IMG/VR virus record: IMGVR_UViG_3300027969_000039
Span: 239,058 to 303,057 of that record
Direction: 5' to 3' (one strand)
Length of the DNA: 64,000 bases
Positions 19,501-30,785 of the stretch are shown piece after piece. Under the pieces are notes generated by a model. It was not told where the DNA came from. It did not search any database and was given only the letters and a program-made list of their open reading frames with translations. Every line of letters starts with the position of its first letter. Position 1 is the stretch's first letter. The translations under genes and the position numbers were made by a program.

Positions 19501-22500
19501 TGACGGTGCAACTGGTGCTACTGGTTTAGGTAGTACAGGTGCAACAGGTGCTCAGGGTGCTACTGGTTTAGGTAGCACTGGTGCAACAGGTGCAGCGGGT
19601 AATAACGGAGCAACTGGCGCTACAGGTCCGATTGCAGGATCTAATACACAAATCATATTCAATGATGCAGGTACAGCAAATGGTAGTGCTAACTTAACAT
19701 TTGATAAGACATCTAGCGTATTAACAATCACTGGTAACATAATAACTGGTGCAGGCACTGGCGGCAATATCACCGGAGCTAATGTTTTAAGTGCTAATTC
19801 TGGTAACTTTGCTACTACTTTGAATGTTGTAGGTAATGCTAATGTAGGTAATTTAGGATTTGGTAGTGGTATAATCACTGGTACAGGTAATGTAACTGCC
19901 GGATACTTCTTGGGAAATGGTAGTCAATTGACCGGTATATCTACAAGTAGTAATACTATATTTAATGGCAATAGCAATGTAAGCATCCCGTCAGCAAATG
20001 GTAACATCAACTTAAGTGCTGTAGGCAACGCTAATGTTGTAATAGTTACTGGTACTGGTATGAATGTTGCAGGTACAGCGAATATCACTGGTAACATCAT
20101 AACGGGTGCAGGCACAGGTGGAAACATCAGTGGGGCTAATGTTATAAGTGCAAACACAGGTAATTTTACTGCTAATGTAACCGCATCATATTTCTTAGGT
20201 AATGGTAGTCAATTGACCGGTATTACTAGCAGCGGGGGTGCTACAGGTGCTACAGGTGCAGGTGCAACGGGTGCTACTGGTTTAGGTAGTACAGGTGCAA
20301 CTGGTGCTACTGGATATGATGGTGCTACTGGTGCAACAGGATTAGGTAGTACAGGTGCAACGGGTGCTACTGGTTTAGGTAGTACAGGTGCAACTGGTGC
20401 TACTGGATATGATGGTGCTACTGGCGCTACAGGTCCGATTGCAGGATCTAATACACAAATCATATTCAATGATGCAGGTGTTGCTAATGGTAGTGCTAAC
20501 TTAACATTCGATAAAACTTCCAGTTTATTAACAGTTACTGGAAATATAGTAACGGGTGCAGGCACAGGTGGAAACATCAGTGGGGCTAATGTTATAAGTG
20601 CAAACACAGGTAATTTTACTGCTAACGTAACAGCAGCGTACTTCTTAGGCAATGGTAGTCAATTGACTGGACTAACTAGTTTTTCAGGCGCTACAGGCGC
20701 TACTGGATTAGGTAGTACTGGCGCGACGGGAGCAGTAGGTAGTACAGGTGCTACTGGTTTAGGTAGTACAGGCGCAACAGGTGCAACAGGCAATGACGGA
20801 GCAACTGGTGCTACTGGTATAGGTAGTACAGGTGCTACTGGCGCTACTGGTTATAACGGAGCGACTGGTGCAACAGGACCAGTCGCTGGTAGTAACACAC
20901 AAATTATATTCAATGACGCTAGCACTGCAAATGGTAGTGCTAATCTAACATTTGATAAAACAACCAATCAACTTACAGTAACCGGAAATCTTCAAGTAAC
21001 AAATACCTCAAATTTAGGTTCTGTGAGTAATGTAAAAATTACAGGTGGTTCTAGCACATATGTACTAAGTACAGACGGTGCCGGTAACTTAAGTTGGGTA
21101 GCACAATCAGGGGGAGGCGGCGGTGGTGCAAGTATCAGTAATGGAAACAGTAATGTAAATATAGCTACTGCAAACGGCAATATCACTATGAGTGCTACTG
21201 GTGTTTCAAATGTAATGGTAGTAAGTAACACCGGCGTAGTTACATCTGCCTTAACAGTGGGCGGCGGTGTCGGCGGTAATGTTACAGGTGCTAATGTGAT
21301 TTCAGCTAATACAGGTACCTTTGGTGCAAATGTAACAGCAGCATTCTTCATAGGCAATGGTAGTCAGTTGACCGGTATCAGTGTAAGTGCTGGCACATTT
21401 GTGTCAAATGGCAATAGTAATGTAAATATTCCAGCAGCAAACGGGAACGTTAATATATCAGCAGTAGGTAATGCTAATATATTGGTAGTGACTGGAACTG
21501 GCGCTAATATCACAGGTACAGCTAACATTGCCGGTAATGCAAACGTAGGTAATTTAGGTACAGCAGGACAGATTATATCTACTGTCGCAACAGGTACTGC
21601 TCCATTAATAGTTACTTCGACCACAGTTGTAGCAAACTTAAATGCTAACGCATTGCAAGGTAATACACCTACATCTGCAAACACAGCAAATACAATTGCT
21701 CAGAGAGATGCTAACGGTAACTTGAGTGCTAACTTCTTCACAGGTAACGGTGCATTCTTAACTGGTCTTACTTTTACTACATTCAGTAATGGTAACAGTA
21801 ATATAAATATACCAGCAGCAAACGGAAACGTAACTGTAGCTGCGGTTGGTAACACAACATTGACAATCACTGGTACTGGCGTGAACGTAGCAGGTACTGG
21901 AAACTTCAGTGGTAATGTAAGTGTCACTGGTAATTTAAGTGCAGCTAACCTATTGGGGTCTCACGCAAATGGTAACAGTAATGTAAACATACCAGCAGCA
22001 AACGGAAACGTTAATATATCATCAGCAGGTAATGCTAACATATTAGTAGTAACTGGAACTGGCGCTAATATCAATGGCACATTGAACACTGGTAGTGGGA
22101 ATATTAATACTACGGGTAACGTAAGTGGAGCATTCTTCATAGGCAATGGTAGTCTATTGACTGGCATTTTTCCAACAACATCAAGTATAGCTAATGGAAA
22201 TAGTAATGTAAACGTAGTAGCAAATTCAAATGTCACTATCTCGGTAACAAGTGTACCAAACGTTGTAGTTGTAACATCAACTGGCGTTAACGTAGCCGGC
22301 ACATTGAATACAGGCAGTGGTAATATTAATACAACCGGTAATGTCAGTGGAGCATTCTTCATAGGTAATGGTAGTCAATTGACTGGTCTTACTATCAGTG
22401 CTGGCACTTCTTTAATAAATGGTAATAGCAATGTGACAGTCATAGCAAATGGTAACATTACTATGAGTGCCACTGGTACTGCTAATGTATTAGTTGTTTC

Positions 22501-24418
22501 TAATACCGGTGCAAACGTCACTGGAAACGGATTTTATTCTAATACAGTTACTGCACCCTTCTTTGCAGGTAATGGTTCACTATTAACTGGTATAGCTACC
22601 AGTGGTGCATTGATTAGTAATGGTAGCAGTAATGTAAATATACCAGTTGCTAACGGAAATGTTAATATATCATCAGCAGGTAATGCAAACGTATTAATAG
22701 TTACTGACATTGGTGTTAATGTACCGGGTAATTTAACAGCTGGTAATTTAATTGGAATTTTTGCAAATGGAAATACTGATTTTAGTATTCCAGTAGCAAA
22801 TGGTAATATACTTACTGATGTTGGTGGTGTAGCAAATGTTATGATAATAGCTAATACTGGTGTTCTAGTACAAGCTGCAAACACTTCATTTATTGCTAAT
22901 ACAATTACTGCTAACGGCGTTGCGTACGGTAATATGAATTTTAGTACCACTATACCAGTCGCTAATAACGTTGGTATAAGAGCAACTCAAGCTACATATA
23001 CAGATACTATTAGTTTGGCTTCAACTTCTATCACACTAGCAGGCGCACATGGATTTGATATACCAACTATGGCAGCGTCAAATCTTCTTGTTACGTATGG
23101 TAACGCAGCAACGATGGCAATATTAGGTGCACCAACTGCTGGCAGTAATGTAACAATAACTAATAGATATGCATTGTGGGTTGGTGGTGCATCAACACCG
23201 GCTAACTCATACTTTAACGGTAACGTTACTATTTCTGCTAACTTGACAGTTGGTAACTTAATTGGTGGTATTGCGAATGGTAATAGTAACATAAATATCC
23301 CATCAGCAAACGGAAATGTTAATATATCAGTAACTGGTACAGCTAACGTATTAGTAATATCTAACACGGGTGCTAATATATCTGGTACTGCCAACATTAC
23401 TGGTAACTTAAATGCAGCTAACTTAACTGGTATATATGCAAATGGCAATAGTAACGTAAGTATCCCATCAGCTGCCGGCAATATTACTCTATCCGTCGGT
23501 GGTACTAGTAATGTAGCAGTATTTTCTAATACCGGTGCTAATATATCTGGTACTGCAAACATCACTGGTAATCTTACAGTTCAAGGCACAAACGTAACTA
23601 TTGGTTCTGGTACCGGTGGCAACATATCTGGTGCAAATGCTATAACTTCTAATAGTTATACAGCAAACGGTGCAGTTACTGGTAATGCTAACGTGAGTAC
23701 AGTCACCGGTGTTATGGGTATTAGAAGTATATCTTCAACTTATACGGACAATTCAGCAGCGGCATCCGGTACATTGTCAGTTGCAGCAGCACATGCGATT
23801 GCTACCCCAACTTATGCAGCAGCAAATACTACAGTAACAGCAACCAATGCGGCTACTTTCTATATTCAAGCACAGCCAACTGCTGGTACGAATATGACAA
23901 TAACTAACCCATATGCACTATATGTTGCAGCAGGTAACAGCTTCTTTGGTGGTAACATCATTGGTACATTAGCAAACGGAAATAGTAATATAAATATTCC
24001 TGCAGCTAATGGAAATATAAACTTCAGTTCAGCAGGTAATGCCAATGTAGTAGTTATTACTGGAACAGGGTTACGTGTAAACGGTGCAGGTGGATTAGGA
24101 TATAACAGCACTATTGGTGCTAATACTCAAACAGCTAATCGTAATAATTCGGTTACTATCAGTAACATTACTGGTGCTATTACATTGTTCAGTACAATTA
24201 CTACAGCAAATACAACCAATGTGTTTACTGTTACTAATACTACAGTAGCAGCAACTGATGTAATTATATTGAGCCAACGATCTGGTACTGTTGGTAGCTA
24301 TATACTCAATGTTGCTAATGTAGCAGCAGGATCGTTTGCTGTACAAATTTATAATGTAGTATCGCCTGCTGTTGCCGAAGCACCAATCATTAACTTTGCA
24401 GTAATCAAGACAGCATAA
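16595..24418 (+). CDS. Giant Asn-rich repeat fibre protein with interrupted G-A-T collagen-like tracts
   Basis: 2607 aa; many [26 protein letters not shown] and [21 protein letters not shown] repeats; AAGGA RBS and upstream TAAATA. Confidence 0.8.
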   Translation: MAVLTIQPVAIDSANNFTFASTTSNSVTVSGNATGNVNIATVTANLGFRGVFATYTDNSAASSATVANAAIHAFAAPNLAAANTGVTFTNAATFYIAGGPVANTNATITNSYSLLAGGNARFTGNIIGTLANGNSNIYIATANGNVTVAAAGNTTLTITGTGVNVAGTGNFSANVAAAYFIGNGSQLTGLPSSSGATGATGYTGSTGATGATGATGNSGSTGATGLGSTGATGATGNQGSTGATGLGSTGATGNDGATGATGLGSTGATGATGATGNQGSTGATGLGSTGATGATGLGSTGATGATGLGATGATGATGFNGATGATGPVAGSNTQIVFNDAGTANGSANLTFNKTTNVLAVVGNVTASNFVGALANGNSNVYIATANGNVTIAAVGNTTLTVTGTGANITGTANISGNLTIGSATGGNLTGANVISANTGNFTANVTAAYFIGNGSQLTGLTSFTGSTGATGATGYNGATGATGLGSTGATGATGLGSTGATGATGLGSTGATGAAGNDGATGATGPIAGSNTQVVFNDAGVANGSANLTFNKTTNVLAVTGNVSATYYIGNGSQLTGIATGTPASISNGNSNVNIPAANGNITMSAVGNSNVVIITGTGMNVAGTANISGNLTIGSATGGNLTGANVIFANVFTSNVTTGTAPFIVSSNTVVANLNADLLDGYTTATANTANTVAVRDASGNLSANYFIGNGSQLTGVGSAGSLSNGNSNVNIPVANGNITISAVGNANVVIVTGTGMNVAGTTNISGNLTIGSATGGNLTGANVLSANTGNFSANVTASYFLGNGSQLTGLSSSSGATGATGAGATGATGATGLGSTGATGATGVGSTGATGVGSTGATGVGSTGAIGATGATGLGSTGATGAAGNDGATGATGLGSTGATGATGATGNLGSTGATGAQGATGATGLGSTGATGAQGATGDQGATGATGLGSTGATGAQGATGTAGNDGATGATGLGSTGATGAQGATGLGSTGATGAAGNNGATGATGPIAGSNTQIIFNDAGTANGSANLTFDKTSSVLTITGNIITGAGTGGNITGANVLSANSGNFATTLNVVGNANVGNLGFGSGIITGTGNVTAGYFLGNGSQLTGISTSSNTIFNGNSNVSIPSANGNINLSAVGNANVVIVTGTGMNVAGTANITGNIITGAGTGGNISGANVISANTGNFTANVTASYFLGNGSQLTGITSSGGATGATGAGATGATGLGSTGATGATGYDGATGATGLGSTGATGATGLGSTGATGATGYDGATGATGPIAGSNTQIIFNDAGVANGSANLTFDKTSSLLTVTGNIVTGAGTGGNISGANVISANTGNFTANVTAAYFLGNGSQLTGLTSFSGATGATGLGSTGATGAVGSTGATGLGSTGATGATGNDGATGATGIGSTGATGATGYNGATGATGPVAGSNTQIIFNDASTANGSANLTFDKTTNQLTVTGNLQVTNTSNLGSVSNVKITGGSSTYVLSTDGAGNLSWVAQSGGGGGGASISNGNSNVNIATANGNITMSATGVSNVMVVSNTGVVTSALTVGGGVGGNVTGANVISANTGTFGANVTAAFFIGNGSQLTGISVSAGTFVSNGNSNVNIPAANGNVNISAVGNANILVVTGTGANITGTANIAGNANVGNLGTAGQIISTVATGTAPLIVTSTTVVANLNANALQGNTPTSANTANTIAQRDANGNLSANFFTGNGAFLTGLTFTTFSNGNSNINIPAANGNVTVAAVGNTTLTITGTGVNVAGTGNFSGNVSVTGNLSAANLLGSHANGNSNVNIPAANGNVNISSAGNANILVVTGTGANINGTLNTGSGNINTTGNVSGAFFIGNGSLLTGIFPTTSSIANGNSNVNVVANSNVTISVTSVPNVVVVTSTGVNVAGTLNTGSGNINTTGNVSGAFFIGNGSQLTGLTISAGTSLINGNSNVTVIANGNITMSATGTANVLVVSNTGANVTGNGFYSNTVTAPFFAGNGSLLTGIATSGALISNGSSNVNIPVANGNVNISSAGNANVLIVTDIGVNVPGNLTAGNLIGIFANGNTDFSIPVANGNILTDVGGVANVMIIANTGVLVQAANTSFIANTITANGVAYGNMNFSTTIPVANNVGIRATQATYTDTISLASTSITLAGAHGFDIPTMAASNLLVTYGNAATMAILGAPTAGSNVTITNRYALWVGGASTPANSYFNGNVTISANLTVGNLIGGIANGNSNINIPSANGNVNISVTGTANVLVISNTGANISGTANITGNLNAANLTGIYANGNSNVSIPSAAGNITLSVGGTSNVAVFSNTGANISGTANITGNLTVQGTNVTIGSGTGGNISGANAITSNSYTANGAVTGNANVSTVTGVMGIRSISSTYTDNSAAASGTLSVAAAHAIATPTYAAANTTVTATNAATFYIQAQPTAGTNMTITNPYALYVAAGNSFFGGNIIGTLANGNSNINIPAANGNINFSSAGNANVVVITGTGLRVNGAGGLGYNSTIGANTQTANRNNSVTISNITGAITLFSTITTANTTNVFTVTNTTVAATDVIILSQRSGTVGSYILNVANVAAGSFAVQIYNVVSPAVAEAPIINFAVIKTA

Positions 24419-24441
24419 ATATTTTTATAAAAGGAAACAAT

Positions 24442-24765
24442 ATGTCAATATCATATACATGGACAATAGAAAATATGGCTTCTCAAGTGCAATTAGATGG
24501 TTATACAGATGTAGTCGTACAAGTAGCCTGGAGTTGCACTGGAATTGACGGTGCTTATTCAGCAACTATACCAGGATTAACTAGAATCACATTTGGCGGT
24601 GGACCAGATTTTACCCCATATAGTGATTTAACAGAAGAAGAAGTATTAACTTGGGTATATAGTTCTGGAGTAGATCAAGCTAGTGTTCAAGCACAGATTG
24701 ATAATCAAATAGAATTACAGATAAATCCCCCTATCGTAATGTTACCTTTACCTTGGACTAATTAA
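24442..24765 (+). CDS. Conserved phage fibre-associated small acidic protein
   Basis: YTWTI..M...DVVVQVAW.C...FTPYSDLTEEEVL.WV; AAGGA RBS. Confidence 0.65.
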   Translation: MSISYTWTIENMASQVQLDGYTDVVVQVAWSCTGIDGAYSATIPGLTRITFGGGPDFTPYSDLTEEEVLTWVYSSGVDQASVQAQIDNQIELQINPPIVMLPLPWTN

Positions 24766-24767
24766 AA

Positions 24768-25676
24768 ATGATTTTATTTGGAATGACCCTTACCGGCGGA
24801 TTTACTATATCTAAACCGGACTTGAGTTCTGTTGAATATCTAGTAGTCGCCGGCGGCGGCTCTGGTGGTGGTGGACCAGGTGGCGGCGGTGGAGGTGCAG
24901 GAGGCGTATTATCTAGTAGTAGTTTTTCTATATCATTAGGCACTCCATATACGGTTACAGTTGGTGGTGGTGGCGCAGGTGTTAGTTATGGCGCATATGG
25001 TAACTACGGAAACGCCAGTGTGTTTAGTTCTGTCACTGCCACAGCGGGGGGACGAGGGGCAGTTGGTGGTATAGGCACAAACGTAGGTGGCAACGGTGGT
25101 TCTGGGGGCGGTGGCGGTTCTGGCCCAAACAGTGGTGTGTTAGGAAGCGCAGGCGGTACCGGGGTATCAGGTCCACCTATTCAAGGATATGCCGGCGGCT
25201 ACGGTACACAGGTCAGTGGAGCACATCAACAAGGTGGCGGCGGTGGTGGTGGAACAAGCATTGGTGGAAATTCATCTACGTCTGGATCCGGTCCGGCAGG
25301 TGACGGCGGTACAGCCGTGTATAGTACTATCTCTGGTGCAAATGTTTCATATGCCGGTGGAGGCGGTGGCGGTGGACACTATACTGGCACGACACGCGGT
25401 GGTTATGGTGGCGGAACAAATCCTGCAACAGGCGGCGGAGGTAATGGTGCAAATCAAGATACCAATGGAACCGCAGGCAGTGCTAACACCGGTGGCGGTG
25501 GAGGTGGTGGTGGTAATGGACCAACATCAGGTCAAGCAGGCGGCTCTGGTGTTGTTATTGTCCGTTATCCAGATAGTTTTGCAGCAGCATCAAGTACTAC
25601 AGGTAGCCCAACTATCACTGTTACCGGCGGATACAGAATATACATCTGGACTAGTTCAGGTTCAATAACTTTCTAA
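24768..25676 (+). CDS. Glycine-rich domain protein (putative adhesin), paralogue 1
   Basis: VEYLVVAGGG...poly-Gly...GGSGVVIVRYPDS...WTSSGSITF. Confidence 0.75.
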   Translation: MILFGMTLTGGFTISKPDLSSVEYLVVAGGGSGGGGPGGGGGGAGGVLSSSSFSISLGTPYTVTVGGGGAGVSYGAYGNYGNASVFSSVTATAGGRGAVGGIGTNVGGNGGSGGGGGSGPNSGVLGSAGGTGVSGPPIQGYAGGYGTQVSGAHQQGGGGGGGTSIGGNSSTSGSGPAGDGGTAVYSTISGANVSYAGGGGGGGHYTGTTRGGYGGGTNPATGGGGNGANQDTNGTAGSANTGGGGGGGGNGPTSGQAGGSGVVIVRYPDSFAAASSTTGSPTITVTGGYRIYIWTSSGSITF

Positions 25677-25683
25677 AGCAAAT

Positions 25684-26670
25684 ATGATCATAGGTAATTT
25701 ATCTGTTGCAGCTGGGGGTGTTGATTTTTCATTCCCGACCATTTCATCTATCGACTACTTAGCAGTAGGTGGCGGCGGTGGCGGTGGTGTGGGTACTGCT
25801 TGGGATACTGACTCGGGAGGCGGTGGTGGCGGTGGTGGAGGATTCATTGAAAGAACAAATATTTCAATCACCCCTGCTACACTTTATACTATTACCGTAG
25901 GCGCAGGGGGCGCCGGTGGATTAGTAACTAATGGCAGCGGTATTGGCGCTACAGTAGCAGCAGCTACCAACGGGAACACATCATCTATAACAACTTTAGT
26001 TAATGCACGTGGAGGTGGAAGTGGCGGATATTATACTCCAACAAATGGCCGTACTGATGGCGACGTCGGCGGGTCTGGGGGCGGGGCAGGTTCAGGTGGT
26101 GGTGGTCAAGATCAATTTGGAGGAGCTGGTAATGTACCGGCAGCAACTCCACCTCAAGGTTATGCTGGTGGAAGAAATTACACAAGTGATGTACAAGGGG
26201 CTGCCGGTGGAGGCGGAGGCGCTGGGGCTGCCGGGGCAAACGGAACCGCAGCAAGGGGAGGAAATGGTGGTATTGGGGCAATCACTACATTTATTAGTAC
26301 TACATTAGCTACTAGTTTAAGTGTAGGGCAAGTAAGCGGGGGTTCTGTGTATTTTGCAGGCGGTGGAGGCGGATCTACAGGATCCACAATTAATCAAGGA
26401 CTTGGTGGTCTTGGTGGAGGTGGTAACGCAAGATATAATGCTAATGTAGTATCAAGTCTACCTAACACAGGTGGAGGTGGAGGTGGATTAGGATTTGGTG
26501 CAAATAACATGACCGGGGGAACTGGTGGTTCGGGTATTGTAATCATACGAGTCACAGATTCAGTTTACAACAACTCATCAAACATCATTGTTACCGGCAC
26601 TGTATCGAATACGGTGATAGATGGGTATAAATTATTCATTTTTACCGGTAGCGGAACAATAACTTTTTAA
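25684..26670 (+). CDS. Glycine-rich domain protein (putative adhesin), paralogue 2
   Basis: IDYLAVGGGGGGG...GGSGIVIIR...FTGSGTITF. Confidence 0.75.
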   Translation: MIIGNLSVAAGGVDFSFPTISSIDYLAVGGGGGGGVGTAWDTDSGGGGGGGGGFIERTNISITPATLYTITVGAGGAGGLVTNGSGIGATVAAATNGNTSSITTLVNARGGGSGGYYTPTNGRTDGDVGGSGGGAGSGGGGQDQFGGAGNVPAATPPQGYAGGRNYTSDVQGAAGGGGGAGAAGANGTAARGGNGGIGAITTFISTTLATSLSVGQVSGGSVYFAGGGGGSTGSTINQGLGGLGGGGNARYNANVVSSLPNTGGGGGGLGFGANNMTGGTGGSGIVIIRVTDSVYNNSSNIIVTGTVSNTVIDGYKLFIFTGSGTITF

Positions 26671-26680
26671 GGATATATAA

Positions 26681-27604
26681 ATGTTAATAACTTCAGGAGT
26701 GACTATTGGATTAGGTGTAACGATTATACCCCCTATCCCTACACCATCAACAGTAGAATATCTAGTAGTTGCCGGTGGAGGTGGTGGCGGTACCATTGGT
26801 GGTGGCGGCGGTGGCGGCTACTTAGCCGCAAGTGGCTTTGCAGTTCCTACAGGTTCAGCAATTACAGTAACTGTAGGTGCTGGCGGCGCGGTACCAGTGG
26901 GAAGTTACCGTATCGGTGGCAACGGTGCTAATTCTTCTATAACTGGAACAGCAGTATCCGTTGTTTCCGTTGGTGGGGGAGGCGGCGGCGCTTACTACTA
27001 TAACTATGGGGAGATGGACGGGGCTAATGGTGGCTCAGGTGGCGGCGCTGGCGTTACATATGGCGGTGATAGTCATGCAAATGGAAATCCGGGTACAGGT
27101 GTTGTTGGGCAAGGTAATAACGGAGGAACAGTTTCAGCTACTGCTGGGGGTGGTGCAGGCGGCGGCGGCGGAGCAGGTGCGGTTGGTGGTGCCGGCTCAG
27201 GTAGTACAGGTGGTGCCGGCGGTATCGGTGTCTTAAATGCTATCACTGGTACTAGTTATTATTGGGCAGGCGGTGGCGGTGGCGGTTGGTCGCCAGCTGG
27301 TGCAGGCGGTAACGGTGGCGGACAAGGCGGCGCTGGGCCAGGATCGTCTGGGGCTATGGGGAGCGGACTTAATTCTGCTACCATATATGGTGCAGGACAA
27401 AATACAGGTGGTGGCGGTGGTGGGAATTACCCATTTTCCGCCGGGCCTGCTGGGTTTACTAATACAGGTGGTTCTGGAATCGTTGTTATTCGTTATCCAG
27501 ATAGTTATCTAGCAGCAACAAGCACTACAGGTAGCCCAACTATTACAACTACCGGTGGATATAGAATATATACTTGGACTAGTTCAGGATCGATAACTTT
27601 TTAA
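26681..27604 (+). CDS. Glycine-rich domain protein (putative adhesin), paralogue 3
   Basis: VEYLVVAGGGGGG...GGSGIVVIRYPDS...WTSSGSITF. Confidence 0.75.
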   Translation: MLITSGVTIGLGVTIIPPIPTPSTVEYLVVAGGGGGGTIGGGGGGGYLAASGFAVPTGSAITVTVGAGGAVPVGSYRIGGNGANSSITGTAVSVVSVGGGGGGAYYYNYGEMDGANGGSGGGAGVTYGGDSHANGNPGTGVVGQGNNGGTVSATAGGGAGGGGGAGAVGGAGSGSTGGAGGIGVLNAITGTSYYWAGGGGGGWSPAGAGGNGGGQGGAGPGSSGAMGSGLNSATIYGAGQNTGGGGGGNYPFSAGPAGFTNTGGSGIVVIRYPDSYLAATSTTGSPTITTTGGYRIYTWTSSGSITF

Positions 27605-27649
27605 TTAACATAGTTTAATTAATAAATATATATTATAAAGGAGACATAA

Positions 27650-28000
27650 ATGAGTCATTTTGCAAAAGTAGAAAACGGAATAGTCACTTCAGTGATTGTT
27701 ATAGAACAAGATGTATTAAATACTGGTTTGTGGGGAGACCCAGCATCTTGGGTACAAACAAGCTATAACACATACGGTGGAGAGCATCGTCTAGGTGGGA
27801 CCCCAATGCGTAAAAATTACGCAGGACTTGGATACACATATGATAGTGAACGAGATGCATTCTATGCACCTCAACCTTACCCAAGCTGGACATTGAATGA
27901 TGATACATGCCAATGGGAACCACCTACCCCAATGCCAACTGATGATAAACAGTACAGTTGGGATGAAGAAACTGTTTCATGGAAAGAAATCACAGTCTAA
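27650..28000 (+). CDS. Conserved phage protein accompanying glycine-rich adhesins (possible chaperone)
   Basis: MSHFAKV...WVQTSYNT...RKNYAG.GYTYD..RDAF..PQPYPSW; AAGGAG RBS. Confidence 0.65.
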   Translation: MSHFAKVENGIVTSVIVIEQDVLNTGLWGDPASWVQTSYNTYGGEHRLGGTPMRKNYAGLGYTYDSERDAFYAPQPYPSWTLNDDTCQWEPPTPMPTDDKQYSWDEETVSWKEITV

Positions 28001-28018
28001 CAAAATGATAAGTAGAAT

Positions 28019-28453
28019 GTGAATGTATTTCAATTAAACTATGAAACAAGACTTAAGAGTTGGTACGACTTAAGAAAATCCCTAGAAAACAGTGATATAG
28101 AAACCGTTTGTCTAGCAATAGACAAATGGTGGCAATATGCACCTCTATTAAACCATCATCTACACCCAGATGATGTAGATAACTGGCCCGGACCATGGGA
28201 ATTACTAGTAGAAAATAACTACTGTCAACTCAGTAGAGGATTAGGAATGGTATACACACTGCAATTAGTGGGCATCAAAGACATTGACTTTTGCCTAGCA
28301 ATAGACGATAATAGTGAAGAATGTGCCTTAGTCATGGTCGATAACGCAAAATATATACTGAATTACTACCCTAACACGGTAATAAGTAATAGTCTACAAG
28401 ATTTTAAGTTGGGCAATCCAGTGAATATGGATATAATAAATAAAAAAATATAG
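28019..28453 (+). CDS. Hypothetical phage protein
   Basis: 144-aa ORF filling the gap before nrdA; WW.YAP...WPGPWELL.EN.YC. Confidence 0.6.
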   Translation: MNVFQLNYETRLKSWYDLRKSLENSDIETVCLAIDKWWQYAPLLNHHLHPDDVDNWPGPWELLVENNYCQLSRGLGMVYTLQLVGIKDIDFCLAIDDNSEECALVMVDNAKYILNYYPNTVISNSLQDFKLGNPVNMDIINKKI

Positions 28454-28460
28454 GTGATGA

Positions 28461-30776
28461 ATGATTAATGTTTTAAAACGCAATGGCAAAAAAGAGCCAT
28501 TAATGTTAGAGAAATGGCAAGCACAAGTAGCAAAAGTATGTACAGGAATCGCTGATGTAAGCCCGAGTATGGTTGAGATCAAAAGTCAACTACACTTTTA
28601 CGATGGAATCACTACAAGTCAGATAGATAGTATAACATTACGAGCAATCGTTGATTTGATTGACGTAGAAAGTAACCCTGAAGTTGGACATACGAATTAT
28701 CAGTATGTAGCAGGAAAGCAGCGTATGAGTATGCTGCGTAAGGATGTATATGGTCAATATGAGGTTCCGCACCTCTACGATATTGTGAAAAAGAATGTAG
28801 CTACAGGATTGTATACAAGTGAATTACTAGAATGGTATACTGAGGAAGATTGGAACAAAATGAATGATATTATAGATCATTCTAAAGATGAGACTTATAG
28901 TTATGCCGCTATTGAGCAACTTATCGAAAAGTATCTAGTAAAAAATCGCAGCACTAAGGAAATATATGAAACTCCGCAAATTCGCTACATGGTTGCAGCA
29001 GCTACCGTCTTCCATAGTGAAGAACCAAACACAGCAAGACTCAGATACATCAAAGAATACTACAATGCTGCTAGTGATGGTCTTTTTACATTGGCTACCC
29101 CTGTGCTTGCTGGCCTGGGAACTCCAACTAAGCAATTCAGTAGTTGTGTGCTTATTCGCAGTGACGATGATCTGGACAGTATCTTTGCTTCGGGAGAGAT
29201 GATGGCCAAGTATGCTAGCAAACGTGCTGGCATTGGTCTAGAAATTGGAAGATTGCGTCCGTTAGGCAGTCCCATCCGTGGTGGAGAGATCATGCACACC
29301 GGCATGATACCTTTTCTAAAGAAGTGGTTCGGTGATCTACGTTCATGTAGTCAAGGAGGTATCCGTAATGCTAGTGCTACTGTTTTTTATCCTATTTGGC
29401 ATCATCAGTTTGATGATCTTATTGTTCTCAAGAACAATCAAGGCACAGAAGAAACCCGTGTGCGACACATGGACTATGGTGTGGTTCTATCCGCATTTTT
29501 CTGGAAGAGATTCAAGAACAAAGAGAACATAACATTCTTTGACCCTAACGAAGTACCTGACTTGTATGAAGCATTTTATAAAGATACTAATCTGTTTGAA
29601 GAACTTTACTGCAAATATGAAAAGCAGAAAACCCTGCGTAAGAAAACGATGGCTGCGGAGGAAGTTTTCAAGAGTGGTATTCTCAAGGAACGAACAGACA
29701 CTGGACGTATATATCTAGTGTTCATTGACAATGTGATGAAGCAGGGTCCATTTGATCCCGAGTATCATACAATTTACCAGAGTAACTTATGCTGTGAAAT
29801 ACTTTTACCCACTAGATCCTTTAAGCGTCTTGATGATCCTGATGGTCGCATTGCCCTTTGCACTTTGGGCTCAATCAACTGGGGAGCCTTCAGAAATCCG
29901 GAAGACATGCGTCGGGCTTGCCGTATTCTACATAGGAGTCTTAACAATATATTGGATTACCAGGACTTCTTAAGTATTCAATCTAAACTTAGTAACGATG
30001 AGATACGCCCATTAGGCATTGGTGTAACTAATTTAGCATACTGGCATGCTAAACGCAGTCTTAAGTACGGCGAGAAAGATGCATTGGCTGAAGTCAAAAT
30101 TTGGGCAGAACATCTAGCATTCTATCTAACAGAAGCAAGTGTAGAACTTGCTAAAGAAAGAGGTAAGTGTGAAGGTAGCGACAAGACAAGATATGGTCAA
30201 GGAACATTTCCGTGGGAACTAAGAGCCAAAGGTGTTAATCAACTAACTGACTTTAACCCAGAATTAGATTGGGAAACACTACGCACAAATATGAAAGAAC
30301 ACGGTGTACGTAATGCTACGCAAATGGCTATCGCTCCTGTAGAATCAAGTAGTGTAGTTATTAACAGTACAAATGGTATTGAAATGCCAATGAGTTTGAT
30401 ATCTGTAAAAGAAAGTAAAGCAGGTAGCTTCACTCAAGTAGTTCCAGAATATCACAAATTAAAGAACAAGTATCAGTTGATGTGGGAGCAGAAAGACTGT
30501 GATGGTTACTTAAAGACCGCAGCAGTACTAGCAGCATACATCGACCAGAGCATAAGTACTAACACATTTTATAATCCTGCTCATTTTGAGGGTCGTAAAG
30601 TTCCAACTACATTGATTGCAAAGAATCTGATGCAAGCACATATGTGGGGACTTAAGACTTTCTATTATAGCTTGATTAACAAACAGGGTAGTAAAGCACC
30701 CGATGAGATAGCCCCAACAATGTTGGAACCAATCGACTTTGATAATGAAGAAGATTGTATTGCATGTAAATTATAA
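28461..30776 (+). CDS. nrdA: Ribonucleotide reductase class Ia alpha subunit
   Basis: N-terminal ATP cone (V.KRNGKKEP), QFSSCVL, SNLCCEI, ALCTLGSIN, TFYY, C-terminal CIAC. Confidence 0.97.
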   Translation: MINVLKRNGKKEPLMLEKWQAQVAKVCTGIADVSPSMVEIKSQLHFYDGITTSQIDSITLRAIVDLIDVESNPEVGHTNYQYVAGKQRMSMLRKDVYGQYEVPHLYDIVKKNVATGLYTSELLEWYTEEDWNKMNDIIDHSKDETYSYAAIEQLIEKYLVKNRSTKEIYETPQIRYMVAAATVFHSEEPNTARLRYIKEYYNAASDGLFTLATPVLAGLGTPTKQFSSCVLIRSDDDLDSIFASGEMMAKYASKRAGIGLEIGRLRPLGSPIRGGEIMHTGMIPFLKKWFGDLRSCSQGGIRNASATVFYPIWHHQFDDLIVLKNNQGTEETRVRHMDYGVVLSAFFWKRFKNKENITFFDPNEVPDLYEAFYKDTNLFEELYCKYEKQKTLRKKTMAAEEVFKSGILKERTDTGRIYLVFIDNVMKQGPFDPEYHTIYQSNLCCEILLPTRSFKRLDDPDGRIALCTLGSINWGAFRNPEDMRRACRILHRSLNNILDYQDFLSIQSKLSNDEIRPLGIGVTNLAYWHAKRSLKYGEKDALAEVKIWAEHLAFYLTEASVELAKERGKCEGSDKTRYGQGTFPWELRAKGVNQLTDFNPELDWETLRTNMKEHGVRNATQMAIAPVESSSVVINSTNGIEMPMSLISVKESKAGSFTQVVPEYHKLKNKYQLMWEQKDCDGYLKTAAVLAAYIDQSISTNTFYNPAHFEGRKVPTTLIAKNLMQAHMWGLKTFYYSLINKQGSKAPDEIAPTMLEPIDFDNEEDCIACKL

Positions 30777-30785
30777 AGGAAAAAC

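Noticed and set aside
25189-27512. Alternative-frame ORFs within the glycine-rich genes
   Set aside because: GGN-rich sequence lacks stops in other frames; the products are not protein-like.
24768-27604. Diversity-generating retroelement (TR/VR) among adhesin paralogues
   Set aside because: Differences between the similar 3' ends are mostly synonymous and not adenine-specific; no reverse transcriptase in the window.
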